Source: an uncultured candidate division Zixibacteria bacterium (GTDB lineage: Bacteria > Zixibacteria > MSB-5A5 > GN15 > PGXB01). From it: a stretch of 64,000 nucleotides of DNA. The notes beneath the pieces were generated by a model. It was not told the DNA's origin, did not search any database, and saw only the letters and a program-made list of their open reading frames with translations. The stretch is from positions 3,680,001 through 3,744,000 of the forward strand of contig OY969724.1 in NCBI GenBank assembly GCA_963702205.1, read 5' to 3'. The position numbers were made by a program, and so were the translations under genes. This document shows, one piece after another, positions 1 through 9,960 of the stretch (position 1 is its first letter; each line of letters opens with the position of its first letter).

Positions 1-162
1 CGCGATATATATTTATAAATCGGTCAAATCAAAATAATACGGACGATATTGTTTTCGTATATGTGACTTGCTCTGCCAAAATGTGATTACACCCGGACAG
101 GAATTGTCGCGTATAATAGGTATCGCGAAAAATCTCGAACCTTAAAAAAACAGGAGCATGAA

Positions 163-549
163 ATGGCTGAACAGAAACCTGTCCACGGCACGTTTTGCTG
201 GAACGAACTGGTTACCCGCGATCCCGAAAAAGCGCACAAGTTTTATTCCGAATTGATCGGGTGGGATATTGTCGACAGCGGCATGGAGGACATGAAGTAC
301 CATTTCGCCAAGGCCGGTGAAGAACGCGTCGCGGGCATGATGCCGATGCCGCCCGAAGCCAAAGAGGTCCCCTCGCACTGGATGGCCTATGTGACGGTCG
401 ACGACGTCGACGGCGCCGCAGAAAAGGCCAGGACGCTGGGTGGGAGTATCATCCACGGTCCGGCCGACATACCGACTGTCGGGCGTTTTTGCATAATCAA
501 AGACCCGACCGGTGCCGTGATTTCTTTGATCCAGTTCCCAAAGCAGTAA
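163..549 (+). CDS. VOC/glyoxalase family protein
   Basis: GTFCWNELVT, HWMAYVTVDDVD and DIPTVGRFCIIKDPTGA motifs; RBS AGGAG upstream. Confidence 0.9.
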   Translation: MAEQKPVHGTFCWNELVTRDPEKAHKFYSELIGWDIVDSGMEDMKYHFAKAGEERVAGMMPMPPEAKEVPSHWMAYVTVDDVDGAAEKARTLGGSIIHGPADIPTVGRFCIIKDPTGAVISLIQFPKQ

Positions 550-571
550 TTGCTATAATCTGGCGAAAATA

Positions 572-691
572 GTAGGTCGGGTTCCGAGGCCCGATAATAT
601 CGGGGCGAGAAACCCGACATTTTGATTTATGGCAAGACGTCGGGTTTTTCCGTCCCCCGACAGTGTCGGGAGACTCCAGAACCCGACCTAC
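572..691. repeat. REPIN-like element (two inverted GTAG-REP palindromes, GTAGGTCGGGTT...AACCCGAC)
   Basis: Starts GTAGGTCGGGTT and ends AACCCGACCTAC; each half is a hairpin; related copies at 2787-2865 and 49011-49108. Confidence 0.8.
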
Positions 692-750
692 GAAGATCTT
701 GCATCGAACGAAAGCTGTCGGGAAAGGATTCCCGACAGCGCACGATTTCA

Positions 751-780
751 GTGACCGGCAGACGCCCTCGTCTGCCGGTT
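751..780. repeat. Dispersed palindromic repeat GGCAGACGCCCTCGTCTGCC
   Basis: Related copies near 8847, 36939 and 49121, all intergenic. Confidence 0.65.
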
Positions 781-847
781 GACAGACCGGGCAAAAAAGT
801 AATACATTTTCACAACAGAACGAAAATATAGAAATGGAATAACAACC

Positions 848-1216
848 ATGCCCGAAAAAGTAAATCTCTCCGAAAAGCTGGCCCTGTTCGATGACGTCTA
901 CAAACCGAAAATAGTCGGTGAACTCAACGGTCAGTATATCAAAGTCGTGAAATTCTCCGGCGAATATGTCTGGCATCAGCACGAAAACGAAGACGAGATG
1001 TTTTTGGTGCTCGACGGTTCAATGAAGGTTCGCTTCCGGGATAAAACCGTCCAACTCGAACGCGGTGAATTCATCATTGTCCCGCGCGGGGTCGAACACA
1101 AACCCGATGCCGAAGTACTGTGCCAGGTGCTGTTATTCGAACCGGCCGCGACCCGTAATACCGGCAATGTCGATCATAAGTACACTATCGAAGCCGATAA
1201 TCTGAAACGGATTTAG
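848..1216 (+). CDS. Cupin domain protein
   Basis: GEYVWHQHENEDEMFLVL and GEFIIVPRGVEHKP cupin motifs. Confidence 0.9.
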   Translation: MPEKVNLSEKLALFDDVYKPKIVGELNGQYIKVVKFSGEYVWHQHENEDEMFLVLDGSMKVRFRDKTVQLERGEFIIVPRGVEHKPDAEVLCQVLLFEPAATRNTGNVDHKYTIEADNLKRI

Positions 1217-1545
1217 ATTACGTCTTTATTGGTTTCGCGCCGGGTCTCTATCTCGTGACGCGCTGCGATATCGTTCAGTTCGACAACCTGCTCCCGGATC
1301 ATGTTGTACCGGTATACGCCCAGGATCATCGTAACAAGCCCGATCGGCACGAATATCCAGCCGATGATCGTAAAATAAAAGCTGTCGAAAAATTTTATGA
1401 ACGTCAGTCCGGCGATGACAAAAGTCAAAGCGGTGCGCATATAGGCCAGGATGGTGCGCTCATTGGCCAGCTTGGTGCGGACGGCATCGAGGCGGTCCCG
1501 GTAATGGCTTTCCCGGTCGGATGATCTGTTAAATAATAGCCGCAT
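1213..1545 (-). CDS. DUF202/YidH-family membrane protein
   Basis: RTKLANERTILAYMRTAL signature followed by two TM helices. Confidence 0.85.
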   Translation of the reverse strand: MRLLFNRSSDRESHYRDRLDAVRTKLANERTILAYMRTALTFVIAGLTFIKFFDSFYFTIIGWIFVPIGLVTMILGVYRYNMIREQVVELNDIAARHEIETRRETNKDVI

Positions 1546-1644
1546 ATTCCCTCTCGTCAGTACTTTCTAATATCGGCAGGAACCGATTGATTAATTATTA
1601 AGCGTTGTAACAGGATTTGCGGGCAACTGTTCCGCCGGACTCGT

Positions 1645-3372
1645 CTATTCCGGTTTCTGTGGCTCCACCATGACAGTTTTCTCGCGCTCAAGTGTCACCA
1701 GTCCCGGTTTGGCCTTGCGCGGTTTGCGCACATACCGCTTCTCGGTATAGGCCACCGGTACCGTTTTGGAATTGCGGGCTTTGGAATAATACGCCGCAAT
1801 GGCCGCGGTCTCGGCGATTTCGGCCTTCGACGGTTCAAAACTCTTGTCGGGATATTTCATGACGACGTGCGAGCCGGGACATTGCGAGGCGTGGAACCAG
1901 AGCTCGTACGGTTTCGCGTGGTCGAACGTAGTGCGGTCGTTGTCATCACCGTCCTTGCCGACAAAAATCTTCACCCCGCTGGACAGCGTGTATTCCCGGT
2001 ACGGCAGCCTCGGGGCGGTCTCTCTCTTTTTCGCCTGCGCCGGAAGAAGCTGCTTTATCTCGGCATCGTACCTTTTCGAGGCGCTCTCGAAATCTCTCTC
2101 GAGTTCATCGTGCATTGATTCGGAAGCAGCCAGCTCCATTTTGGCGATTTCTAAACGACGCTGCAATAGTTTCAATCCGTCTTTTCCTTTGCGATATTTC
2201 TTGAAATACTTATCAGCGTTTTCGGACGGGGTCAGCGACGGATCAAGTTCGATCTGCACCGTACCACCAGATGACGAATAAACGTCCTCGACTTCGACCT
2301 GGGCCATACCCTTTTTAATTGAAGTCAAATTGATCTTAAGAAGCTCTGCCATCTTGCGGTAGAGATCGTAATTGTCGGCGTTCTTCAGATCGTTGTCAAT
2401 CAGCTCGACCTTGCGTGCGAGTTTCCTTAAATGTCGCCTGATCGCTTCCATGACAACCTGTTTCTGATCGACTTCGGCTTTGAACTCTTTATTGACTCGG
2501 ACGCACTGATATACCGCCAGCGACAGCGATTTGGTTTTCTCAGCCTCGAGATCGACGGATTTTAATTTGAACGGATACGCGGCGTGTGGTTTCAGATTAT
2601 ATACATATCCTTTTTGATAATCATTGAACCTTTGGGCGAACTCCACAATTGCATCCACGAGCGTCCCAAAATCTGCATCAGATAGTTGCTTCACTGCGAC
2701 ATTTTGATCCAGCGACGCCGCGTACAGAATTTCATCGACCATGACGTCGTCCAGTCCGAGGATGTTCTTCTTGATGACATTTCTTAGCAGGTCGGCTGCG
2801 GAAAATGCCGACACTTCTATGTCGGGTTTCTCTCCCGACTTCGTCGGTATCTGAACCCGACCTACTTTTTCTCCCAATTGCGTCGCATTAATCGTGAAAG
2901 GATTCAGCCTGTCTACCGGGTCGGGAGGTGTGTACGGTTCCTTTGCATCGTACTTCTTGTTTCGCAGGGTCGCAAGAATCCTGTCGTCCTTATCGAGCAG
3001 CCAGATATTTCCATTGGGACCGATGGCCTCCACTATAATGCAGTACCTATCTGTCACCTTTTCTAGCTCGATTCGGAATATTCTGTCTAAACCATATTGT
3101 GAAATTGATGCGACGGTACTCTCTATGGCGTCCTGGAAAAACGGCCATGGCTTTTCTTTGGTTTCGATCTTGATTTTCGAGCGCGGCATAAAGAAAGACC
3201 CATAACCGACCGGATGATAGGCCAGCCCGAGCGCAAAATAACCGACGTCGGTCTTGAACAGCATATAGGCTTCGCGTTCTTTCTTGTAGAACTCGGTTGA
3301 GACGAATTTCGCTCCTATGAGCAAATCTTTAAGCTCGGCTACGAGCGTATATATGTGAAGCGACGTTTGCAT
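1645..3372 (-). CDS. rqcH: NFACT family ribosome quality control protein (RqcH/FbpA-like)
   Basis: N-terminal LDRIFRIEL...EAIGPNGNIWLLD; coiled-coil LTPSENADKYFKKYRK; C-terminal NFACT-R WFHASQCPGSHVV...AAYYSKAR...VRKPRKAKPGLV. Confidence 0.85.
   Translation of the reverse strand: MQTSLHIYTLVAELKDLLIGAKFVSTEFYKKEREAYMLFKTDVGYFALGLAYHPVGYGSFFMPRSKIKIETKEKPWPFFQDAIESTVASISQYGLDRIFRIELEKVTDRYCIIVEAIGPNGNIWLLDKDDRILATLRNKKYDAKEPYTPPDPVDRLNPFTINATQLGEKVGRVQIPTKSGEKPDIEVSAFSAADLLRNVIKKNILGLDDVMVDEILYAASLDQNVAVKQLSDADFGTLVDAIVEFAQRFNDYQKGYVYNLKPHAAYPFKLKSVDLEAEKTKSLSLAVYQCVRVNKEFKAEVDQKQVVMEAIRRHLRKLARKVELIDNDLKNADNYDLYRKMAELLKINLTSIKKGMAQVEVEDVYSSSGGTVQIELDPSLTPSENADKYFKKYRKGKDGLKLLQRRLEIAKMELAASESMHDELERDFESASKRYDAEIKQLLPAQAKKRETAPRLPYREYTLSSGVKIFVGKDGDDNDRTTFDHAKPYELWFHASQCPGSHVVMKYPDKSFEPSKAEIAETAAIAAYYSKARNSKTVPVAYTEKRYVRKPRKAKPGLVTLEREKTVMVEPQKPE
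2787..2865. repeat. REPIN-like element inside the NFACT/RqcH coding sequence
   Basis: Minus strand GTAGGTCGGGTT...GAGAAACCCGACAT-AGAAG-TGTCGGC...GCCGACCTGC; same ends as intergenic copies at 572 and 49011. Confidence 0.8.
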
Positions 3373-3428
3373 GGCGGGAATATATAATGCGGGGATAAGT
3401 TTGGGAAGATATAAATGCTCTTTACAAT

Positions 3429-3455
3429 GTCATTCCCGCGTAGGCGGGAATCCAG
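3429..3455. repeat. Palindromic repeat GTCATTCCCGCGTAGGCGGGAATCCA
   Basis: Near-identical copy at 48982-49007. Confidence 0.75.
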
Positions 3456-3530
3456 TCTTCTCTTATTGATGAAGTAAATATTCAGGGTGGCCACTCCTAA
3501 CTTGTTTAGAGTGGTTATGCCAAATTAAAA

Positions 3531-3559
3531 GGCAGAACCGCTGAAGGGTTCTGCCCTAC
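3531..3559 (-). repeat. GTAG-REP-like hairpin (GTAGGGCAGAACC...GGTTCTGCC)
   Basis: GTAG followed by a 9-bp stem; may also act as terminator of the fumarate hydratase operon. Confidence 0.5.
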
Positions 3560-3583
3560 TTAGAAATTAATTATACTTGTTTT

Positions 3584-4141
3584 CTACATCTTCCCGTACT
3601 TCTCCATGCCCTCTTTGTACAGGTTGCCGCCGTGGCAGTCGAGCGCGACGATCACCGGGAAATCTTTAACCGTCAGCTTCCTGATCGCTTCGGCACCGAG
3701 GTCCTCGTACGCAATTACTTCGGCAGCCGTAATCGACTTGGCGATCAAAGCTCCGGCCCCTCCGACAGCCGCGAAGTAGACGGCCTTGTGTTTTTTCATA
3801 GCCATAACCACGTCCGGCCCCATTTCACCCTTACCGATCATGCCCTTCTGACCGGCCTCGATGACAATCGGCGTGTAGGCGTTCATGCGATACGACGTGG
3901 TCGGTCCGGCCGATCCGATGACCTGTCCCGGTTTGGGCGGGGTCGGCCCGACAAAATATATGATCTGCCCTTTGACGTCGAACGGCAGTTTCTCGCCTTT
4001 GGCGATCAGTTCCACCAGCCGCTTGTGCGCGGCATCGCGCGCGGTATAAATCGAACCGTTTATCAGTACCTGGTCGCCGACCTTAAGGCTCTCGACGACC
4101 TTGTCTGTCAGCGGCGTCGTGATTGTTTTTTTATCAGACAT
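3584..4141 (-). CDS. Fe-S hydro-lyase (fumarate/tartrate family) beta subunit
   Basis: GSIYTARDAAHKRL, GSAGPTTSYRMN, GMIGKG, EDLGAEAI motifs. Confidence 0.93.
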   Translation of the reverse strand: MSDKKTITTPLTDKVVESLKVGDQVLINGSIYTARDAAHKRLVELIAKGEKLPFDVKGQIIYFVGPTPPKPGQVIGSAGPTTSYRMNAYTPIVIEAGQKGMIGKGEMGPDVVMAMKKHKAVYFAAVGGAGALIAKSITAAEVIAYEDLGAEAIRKLTVKDFPVIVALDCHGGNLYKEGMEKYGKM

Positions 4142-4166
4142 TTTCTATCTCCAATTTTTGCAGGCT

Positions 4167-5009
4167 CTATAGTACAACTTCTTTGTGACGCGCCGCATGG
4201 CACTGCGTATTGACAGCTACCGGCAGCGATGCGATATGGCACGGGTGCACCTCGATATGCACGTCGAGGGCCGTGGTCGTTCCACCGAGTCCCTGGGGAC
4301 CGATACCGAGCTTGTTTATTTTATCCAGCAGCTCCAGTTCGAGGTCGGCGTAGTACTTATTGGGATGACGATCCCCGACCGGCCGCAGCAGCGCCTTTTT
4401 GGCCAGCATGGCGCATTTTTCGAACGTGCCGCCGATACCGACGCCGATAATAACCGGCGGGCAGGGATTGCCGCCCGAGCGCCGGACGCGGTCAATCACG
4501 AAATCTTTGACGCCGTCGACACCGTCGGACGGCTTGAGCATTTTAATCTCGGACATATTTTCCGAACCGCCGCCTTTGGGGGCGATCGTAATTTTCATTT
4601 TGTCGCCCGGGACTATCTCGGTGTGTATCACGGCCGGAGTGTTGTCACCGGTATTTTTACGCTCCAGCGGATCGCTCAAGACCGACTTGCGCAGGAAGCC
4701 CTCGGTGTAGCCCCGACGAATCCCTTCCTGCAGCGAGTCGCCGTAGTTTCCGCCGACAATTTTCACGTCTTGTCCCAACTCCACAAACAGCACGGCGAAT
4801 CCGGTATCCTGGCACATCGGGGAATGTTCGTTTTTGGCTATTTCGGCGTTGGCCAGGACCTGGTCGAGAATACCTTTGGCGACCGGCGACTCCTCGACCG
4901 TCTTGGCCTTCTTCACCGCCTCGATAACGTCGCTCCCCAGGTCATAGCTGGCCTCGATTACAATTTTGCGGACCGCTTCGGTTATCTGGTCTGTGTTTAT
5001 CTCACGCAT
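4167..5009 (-). CDS. Fe-S hydro-lyase (class I fumarate hydratase) alpha subunit
   Basis: PMCQDTG, KGGGSENMS, GNPCPPVIIGVGIGG, CHIASLPVAVN, CHAARH motifs. Confidence 0.93.
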   Translation of the reverse strand: MREINTDQITEAVRKIVIEASYDLGSDVIEAVKKAKTVEESPVAKGILDQVLANAEIAKNEHSPMCQDTGFAVLFVELGQDVKIVGGNYGDSLQEGIRRGYTEGFLRKSVLSDPLERKNTGDNTPAVIHTEIVPGDKMKITIAPKGGGSENMSEIKMLKPSDGVDGVKDFVIDRVRRSGGNPCPPVIIGVGIGGTFEKCAMLAKKALLRPVGDRHPNKYYADLELELLDKINKLGIGPQGLGGTTTALDVHIEVHPCHIASLPVAVNTQCHAARHKEVVL

Positions 5010-5048
5010 GAATCAACTCCAACTTCCCGGCCACCGCCGGGCTCTATG

Positions 5049-6347
5049 TTAATTGTTTAATTCTGTATACACCTTATAAGCGCGTATTATTCTTTTGTTC
5101 AGCGACGGGTGGTCGTAAAACCAAAATTCAATTATAGGCGATGGATTCGGGTCTGACAAGTTAAAGGCCGATAATTTTTCGAAGGCCGACTGCGCCACCG
5201 CGGCGTCGACACCCGAAAGCTCCATCCCGTAACGATCACAGGAATACTCCATCTGTCGGCTGACCGCGTTCCACACCGGCTGCGCGAAAAAGCTGAAGAC
5301 CGCGATAAAAAGCAGCAGCAGCGGATAGCTGGCGATATCAGAAGGCTTTTCAAATCCCAGCCGTTTTTTAAATTTCCTGATAAAACCCGGCATGGTTTTA
5401 TCGGCCATGAATGCGCCGGCCAGTACGATCGACACGAAACCGAAGATGCCGTACCAGATATGATTCTTGACATAGTGCCCCATCTCATGCCCGACCACAA
5501 AGCGCATCTCGTCGAGCGTGAAATTGTCGATCATGTTGTCATACAGTACAATCCTCTTGGTCCCAAATACCCCGACAAAATAGGCATTGACCCTATTGGA
5601 ACGTTTCGAAGTATTTACCCGATAAATGTCAGGGTTGTGTATCCCGGCTTTGTCGGCCAGTTCGGTCATGGCGGTCCTGAGCTGGCCGTCGGGGACCGGA
5701 ATGAATTTATTGAATAGCGGATCGATTACGGTCGGATAGGCGATCATTATAAATATCATAAACGGCAGCGCCGCCCCGGCCAGATACAACCACCAGCGTT
5801 TGGTCTTTTCGAGAAGAGTATAAAGAATCATGATGACAATCAGCATGATGACATATTCGACCGCGTACGACAACAGACGGTCGGAAAACCACCCGCCGAA
5901 ATGCTGATTGGTGAAACCATACTGATGCTCGATCACAAACCCCCGGTAATACGAAAACGGGAGTTTGACAATAAACAGCACGATCGTAAACAGAAACAGG
6001 TAAATCACGTAGCGAAGAATCCGCTTCGTCGTAATCCCGTAAATCCAGCTTCGTATTCGCGCAGAAAACCCGGTGAACAAAATAAGACTCAGGATGATGA
6101 CTTCGATTCCAAAAGATACAAACCGCCAGATATTGACAAAATGTGCATAGGAATTCCTCTGCTCCTGACGTTCGGGAGTAAGTGGGAACTGAAAAGTCCC
6201 GGCATGAGATTCGACAATGCCGGTCGACTGAGCAATATTATTGCTGTCGGTGTTGGTGACAATCGTGGAATCACCGGCCGGGCACGACTGGCAAAACCAC
6301 ATCGAACCGACAAGCACCGCGAGAATAATCCACAAAACAGACCGCAC
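5049..6347 (-). CDS. M48 family (Ste24-like) membrane zinc metalloprotease
   Basis: NAYFVG...KRIVLYDNMI, HEMGH (HExxH), SRQMEYSCD, YDHPSLNKRI. Confidence 0.92.
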   Translation of the reverse strand: MRSVLWIILAVLVGSMWFCQSCPAGDSTIVTNTDSNNIAQSTGIVESHAGTFQFPLTPERQEQRNSYAHFVNIWRFVSFGIEVIILSLILFTGFSARIRSWIYGITTKRILRYVIYLFLFTIVLFIVKLPFSYYRGFVIEHQYGFTNQHFGGWFSDRLLSYAVEYVIMLIVIMILYTLLEKTKRWWLYLAGAALPFMIFIMIAYPTVIDPLFNKFIPVPDGQLRTAMTELADKAGIHNPDIYRVNTSKRSNRVNAYFVGVFGTKRIVLYDNMIDNFTLDEMRFVVGHEMGHYVKNHIWYGIFGFVSIVLAGAFMADKTMPGFIRKFKKRLGFEKPSDIASYPLLLLFIAVFSFFAQPVWNAVSRQMEYSCDRYGMELSGVDAAVAQSAFEKLSAFNLSDPNPSPIIEFWFYDHPSLNKRIIRAYKVYTELNN

Positions 6348-6466
6348 CGCTTTCTCCTGTCTAATAATAAAGACGGAAAATAGCTAATCTGTACGACAAT
6401 GTCAACGCGGCCGGATATCAGACCCAAAGGCATTGATTAAAATCCCTCTTTGTATTTTATTGGGCT

Positions 6467-7372
6467 ATGATTTACGCCGGAGAATTAGCAGCCCTTCTGA
6501 CCGCCTTCCTGTGGTCGTTTACAACCCTGTTTTTCACGTCGGCCGGGCGGCTGATCGGTTCGCTTTGGGTCAATCGAATCCGCATCCCGATGGCGATGAT
6601 CCTCCTCGGCACGCTTTATTTTATCACGTCCGGCCATCTGTGGCCCTCCGGAGTCAGCACCGAATCATTTTTATATCTGGCCGCCAGCGGCGTGATCGGC
6701 CTGACTTTGGGCGATTCGTTTTTATTCAAAGCGCTGATTATTATGGGTCCCAGGCGGACGCTGGTCGTTTTCGCCACCTGGCCGATTTTTGCATCCATAG
6801 CGGCCTGGATAACGCTCGGTGAAACGCTCGGCGTCGTGGCGCTGACCGGTATCATCCTTACAATCGCCGGGGTCATCTGGGTCACCGCGGAAAGGCATTA
6901 CGAAACCAACAAGGTCAAGTACGCCGAAACCGGCTCGAACCGTCTCGGCATCGGCCTGGCCATCCTCGCCGCCGCCGGACAGGCCATCGGCCTGGTGCTG
7001 GCCAAGGCCGGGATGGGCAGCGCGATCTCCCCTCTCCCTGCCACTTTAATCCGCATGGTCTCCGCGGCGGTGGGCGTGTGGATCCTGGCGCTCTTCAGAA
7101 AGGACATAAAAAATATCGCTACTGTATTCAAAAACAGAAAGGCCCTTGCATTCACTCTGGGCGGGGCGATCTGTGGGCCCTTTCTCGGGGTGTGGATGTC
7201 CCTGACAGCGGTCAAGTATGCCGCGACCGGCGTCGCGTCGGCGATTATGTCCATCGTCCCGATCCTGGTCATCCCGCTGGTGATAATATTCTACAAAGAG
7301 AAAGTGACACTTCGCGCAGTCATAGGTGCAGTGATAGCCGTCGCCGGGGTAATCATTCTCTTCTATGGTTGA
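6467..7372 (+). CDS. DMT/EamA family transporter
   Basis: About 10 TM segments in a two-repeat EamA pattern. Confidence 0.88.
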   Translation: MIYAGELAALLTAFLWSFTTLFFTSAGRLIGSLWVNRIRIPMAMILLGTLYFITSGHLWPSGVSTESFLYLAASGVIGLTLGDSFLFKALIIMGPRRTLVVFATWPIFASIAAWITLGETLGVVALTGIILTIAGVIWVTAERHYETNKVKYAETGSNRLGIGLAILAAAGQAIGLVLAKAGMGSAISPLPATLIRMVSAAVGVWILALFRKDIKNIATVFKNRKALAFTLGGAICGPFLGVWMSLTAVKYAATGVASAIMSIVPILVIPLVIIFYKEKVTLRAVIGAVIAVAGVIILFYG

Positions 7373-7476
7373 TCGTTGAATTTTCGTCTGACTTTTTAAA
7401 TTTATTGAGTGCATTCGAGCAAGAATTTCGATTCAATCGATTTTGCCAGAACTATGCTTTAGTTATGAGATAATAG

Positions 7477-7505
7477 TTGACAATCCAACAGATTTGAACT
7501 ATACT
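7477..7505 (+). promoter_or_regulatory. sigma70-type promoter
   Basis: TTGACA-17 nt-TATACT. Confidence 0.7.
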
Positions 7506-7542
7506 CATGCTATCGCTTAGTTCAATTGGGAGGGCAATTTAC

Positions 7543-8602
7543 ATGCATATTAGACGCATTTGTACAATAGGATTACTGGTTTTATTATCCACAGTTCCTA
7601 TCACTTTATTATCAGCCGATTATGAAATTACCAAAGTTATTAAAGCGGGTCCGTGCTCTGGAGAACCGTCGTTATCACCGCTAAGATGGTCACCTGACGG
7701 GAAATATGTTGCCTATTTTCTGAATGGTACCTTGATGGTTTCGGATTCATTAGGGAATAGTCACTGCAATAACCAACTTTGATTATCCGCCTCGAAGGTT
7801 TGAGTGGTTATCGGGAAAAGAATTAATATTGCATTTGTCTAGGTGGGGCGAAAATGCTGCTATAGATCAAAAGTTAGTAAAAGTAGATATCGAATCAAAA
7901 GATGAATATACGTTATTATCGCACTATAGCAAATCCGGTCCGAGAACAAAGGACGAAGAGGATTCTTTTAATGGGCCATGGTTGACAGCTGAAGGACACT
8001 TATATATTAGGCAAAATGTTATACGAGCTACCAATAGGCCCGCAGGAAAGGGCTACTTGAATGAAAGCTTGGTATTTTTTCAAAGCAAGTATTCTAATGC
8101 GAAAGATGAAAACCCTGAGAAAAACGATCATATAGTATTTTGGGAAAATGATGGCGTATATTTATCCAAAACAGATTTTAGCCAGATAAAGAAACTGGCC
8201 CCAAGTGAAAAACACCCTATCCAAATGCGGCCAATTTTAAATAGCGATTTGACATATTATATGCTGCATTGGCTTATTTGCAGAATATCAGATACCTCTT
8301 GCATTAATATTTTCACTCACATTAAAGCACATCCTGTGGATAAAATCCTTACTGATCCCATTTACTATTCTTTTAATCCCCAAGCTCCGGAAGTATTAAT
8401 AGGTTATGTTTATGCTTTGGATGAATTTAATGAAATATGGAGAATGGGTACTTTTAACTATAATAATCTCGAATTTACGGTGTTGGATGATGAAATTAAA
8501 ATGTTCGGGTGTAGAGCTCCAGCCTATTGCCCTGACGGGCTTAAAATAGCCTTCATTTCACCAAATGATTCTCTTTGTATATTATACAGGAGGCAAAAAT
8601 GA
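7543..8602 (+). CDS. Secreted TolB/PD40-like beta-propeller protein, frameshifted near 7765
   Basis: RBS GGGAGG, signal peptide, LRWSPDGKYVAY and PAYCPDGLKIAF repeats; second frame continues seamlessly (AITNFDYPPRRFEWLSG); AT-rich. Confidence 0.65.
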
Positions 8603-8769
8603 GAATGCGGTTATTTACATTTCCGCTGATATTTATAATTTTATTTTTGATTCCGCAGCTCAATTTTGCGCAATGTGATATCTTTGTTGATCCTGGTCAT
8701 GGCGGGTGCGATAATTCTACAAATTTCAAGTTGTGTCAGGTCATTCTCATTCTTATGAGTGAGACCTGA
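8599..8769 (+). pseudogene. Truncated N-acetylmuramoyl-L-alanine amidase (Amidase_3) N-terminus
   Basis: RBS AGGAGG, signal peptide, then IFVDPGHGG; frame runs into a palindrome and stops. Confidence 0.6.
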
Positions 8770-8772
8770 CAC
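8733..8772. repeat. REP-like palindrome GTGTCAGGTC...GACCTGACAC
   Basis: Perfect 10-bp arms with inner CTCAT/ATGAG stem; GTCAGG/CCTGAC core shared with RAYT-flanking REPs. Confidence 0.55.
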
Positions 8773-9099
8773 GAAAAAGATACATCAGAAATTTCATAGC
8801 TCACCCAACGGGTGAGTGAGTTCGTCGTTCAAGTTCTTCTGTGGGTGGCTGACGCCCTCGCCTGCCACTTCGTCATTTGTACCACAATCCGATTGAATTA
8901 TACCGGTTAAACAAAAAAAGACTATTTTGACCAGTTTTGGATCAAAAACAAATTCCGATTTTATAAATTATTAGGTGATGGATTTCGTCGGGGGGATTAT
9001 ATTTTATTTATACGAATAATATCTCCAACCGGATATTTCTGACGCGATACAAAAGGCCGGGATATCCACCACTCCACCGGCTTATCGCGCATAAAAAGG

Positions 9100-9849
9100 A
9101 TGTTTGCAATGGATAAAGATCAAGTAATCGACAAGAACGGCGGTGACCTCGACGGCAACGGCGCCCTGGTCGGGCTGGCCCGCGAAAGAACCAAACTTAT
9201 GGTCAACCTCGTCGGTTTGGCCGAAAAACGAAACGAGCTGTCCGACCGCCGCACCGTCGCCGCCGACATGCGTACCGCCCTCGCTCAGGAGCGCACCCGT
9301 CTGGCCAAAGACCAGACCGGCTACAGCGCCCAAAACATGGAACTGGCCGAACGCCGCACCGAGCTTTCCGAAAAACGGACCAATTGGGCCGAGCAGCGGA
9401 CGTCGATGGCCACCAACCGCACCGACCTGGCGCACCAGCGCACCACGCTTTCTGAACAAAGAACCGATTTGGCCACCGGGCGGACCGATCTTGCCCGCGA
9501 GCGGACAACCCTCTCCACCGCCAGAACCGATCTCGCTCACGAGCGCAACGAACTTGCTACCGACCGTACCGATCTTTCCGGCTACCGCTCGCTTCTGGCG
9601 CGGGGGCGTACCGAATTGGCGATGATTCGCACCGGTCTGGCGTTCGTAACTTTCGGTGTCGCCCTGATGCGTTATTTCGGGTTCGGATACTGGAGCATCC
9701 TCGACGGCGGTCTGATTCTTATCGGCGGCGTGTCGACGATTTTCGGCTTGAAGCATTACCTGACCACGCTCAAGTACAAACGCCGTTTCGACAACAAGCT
9801 GAAACGCCACATGCTGCTGGAACTGGAAGCCTCCGTCTCCGAAGCGTAG
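9100..9849 (+). CDS. DUF202-family membrane protein with expanded heptad (RTxLAxx) repeats
   Basis: Tandem RT-x-L-A/S heptads, then RTELAMIRTGLAFVTFG and two TM helices; start may be 9109. Confidence 0.75.
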   Translation: MFAMDKDQVIDKNGGDLDGNGALVGLARERTKLMVNLVGLAEKRNELSDRRTVAADMRTALAQERTRLAKDQTGYSAQNMELAERRTELSEKRTNWAEQRTSMATNRTDLAHQRTTLSEQRTDLATGRTDLARERTTLSTARTDLAHERNELATDRTDLSGYRSLLARGRTELAMIRTGLAFVTFGVALMRYFGFGYWSILDGGLILIGGVSTIFGLKHYLTTLKYKRRFDNKLKRHMLLELEASVSEA

Positions 9850-9960
9850 TTGAGCAACGCCAACTTGTGAAGTCGGCGTGATTAAAAACTGATTGAAAGT
9901 ATGTCGAATATTTTATTGGTTAATCGTCTATTTTACTATATTACTAATGGGTAAAAGTTT

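Noticed and set aside
622..831. Short ORFs over repeat arrays (also 48771-49281)
   Set aside because: They are translations of REP/REPIN palindromes
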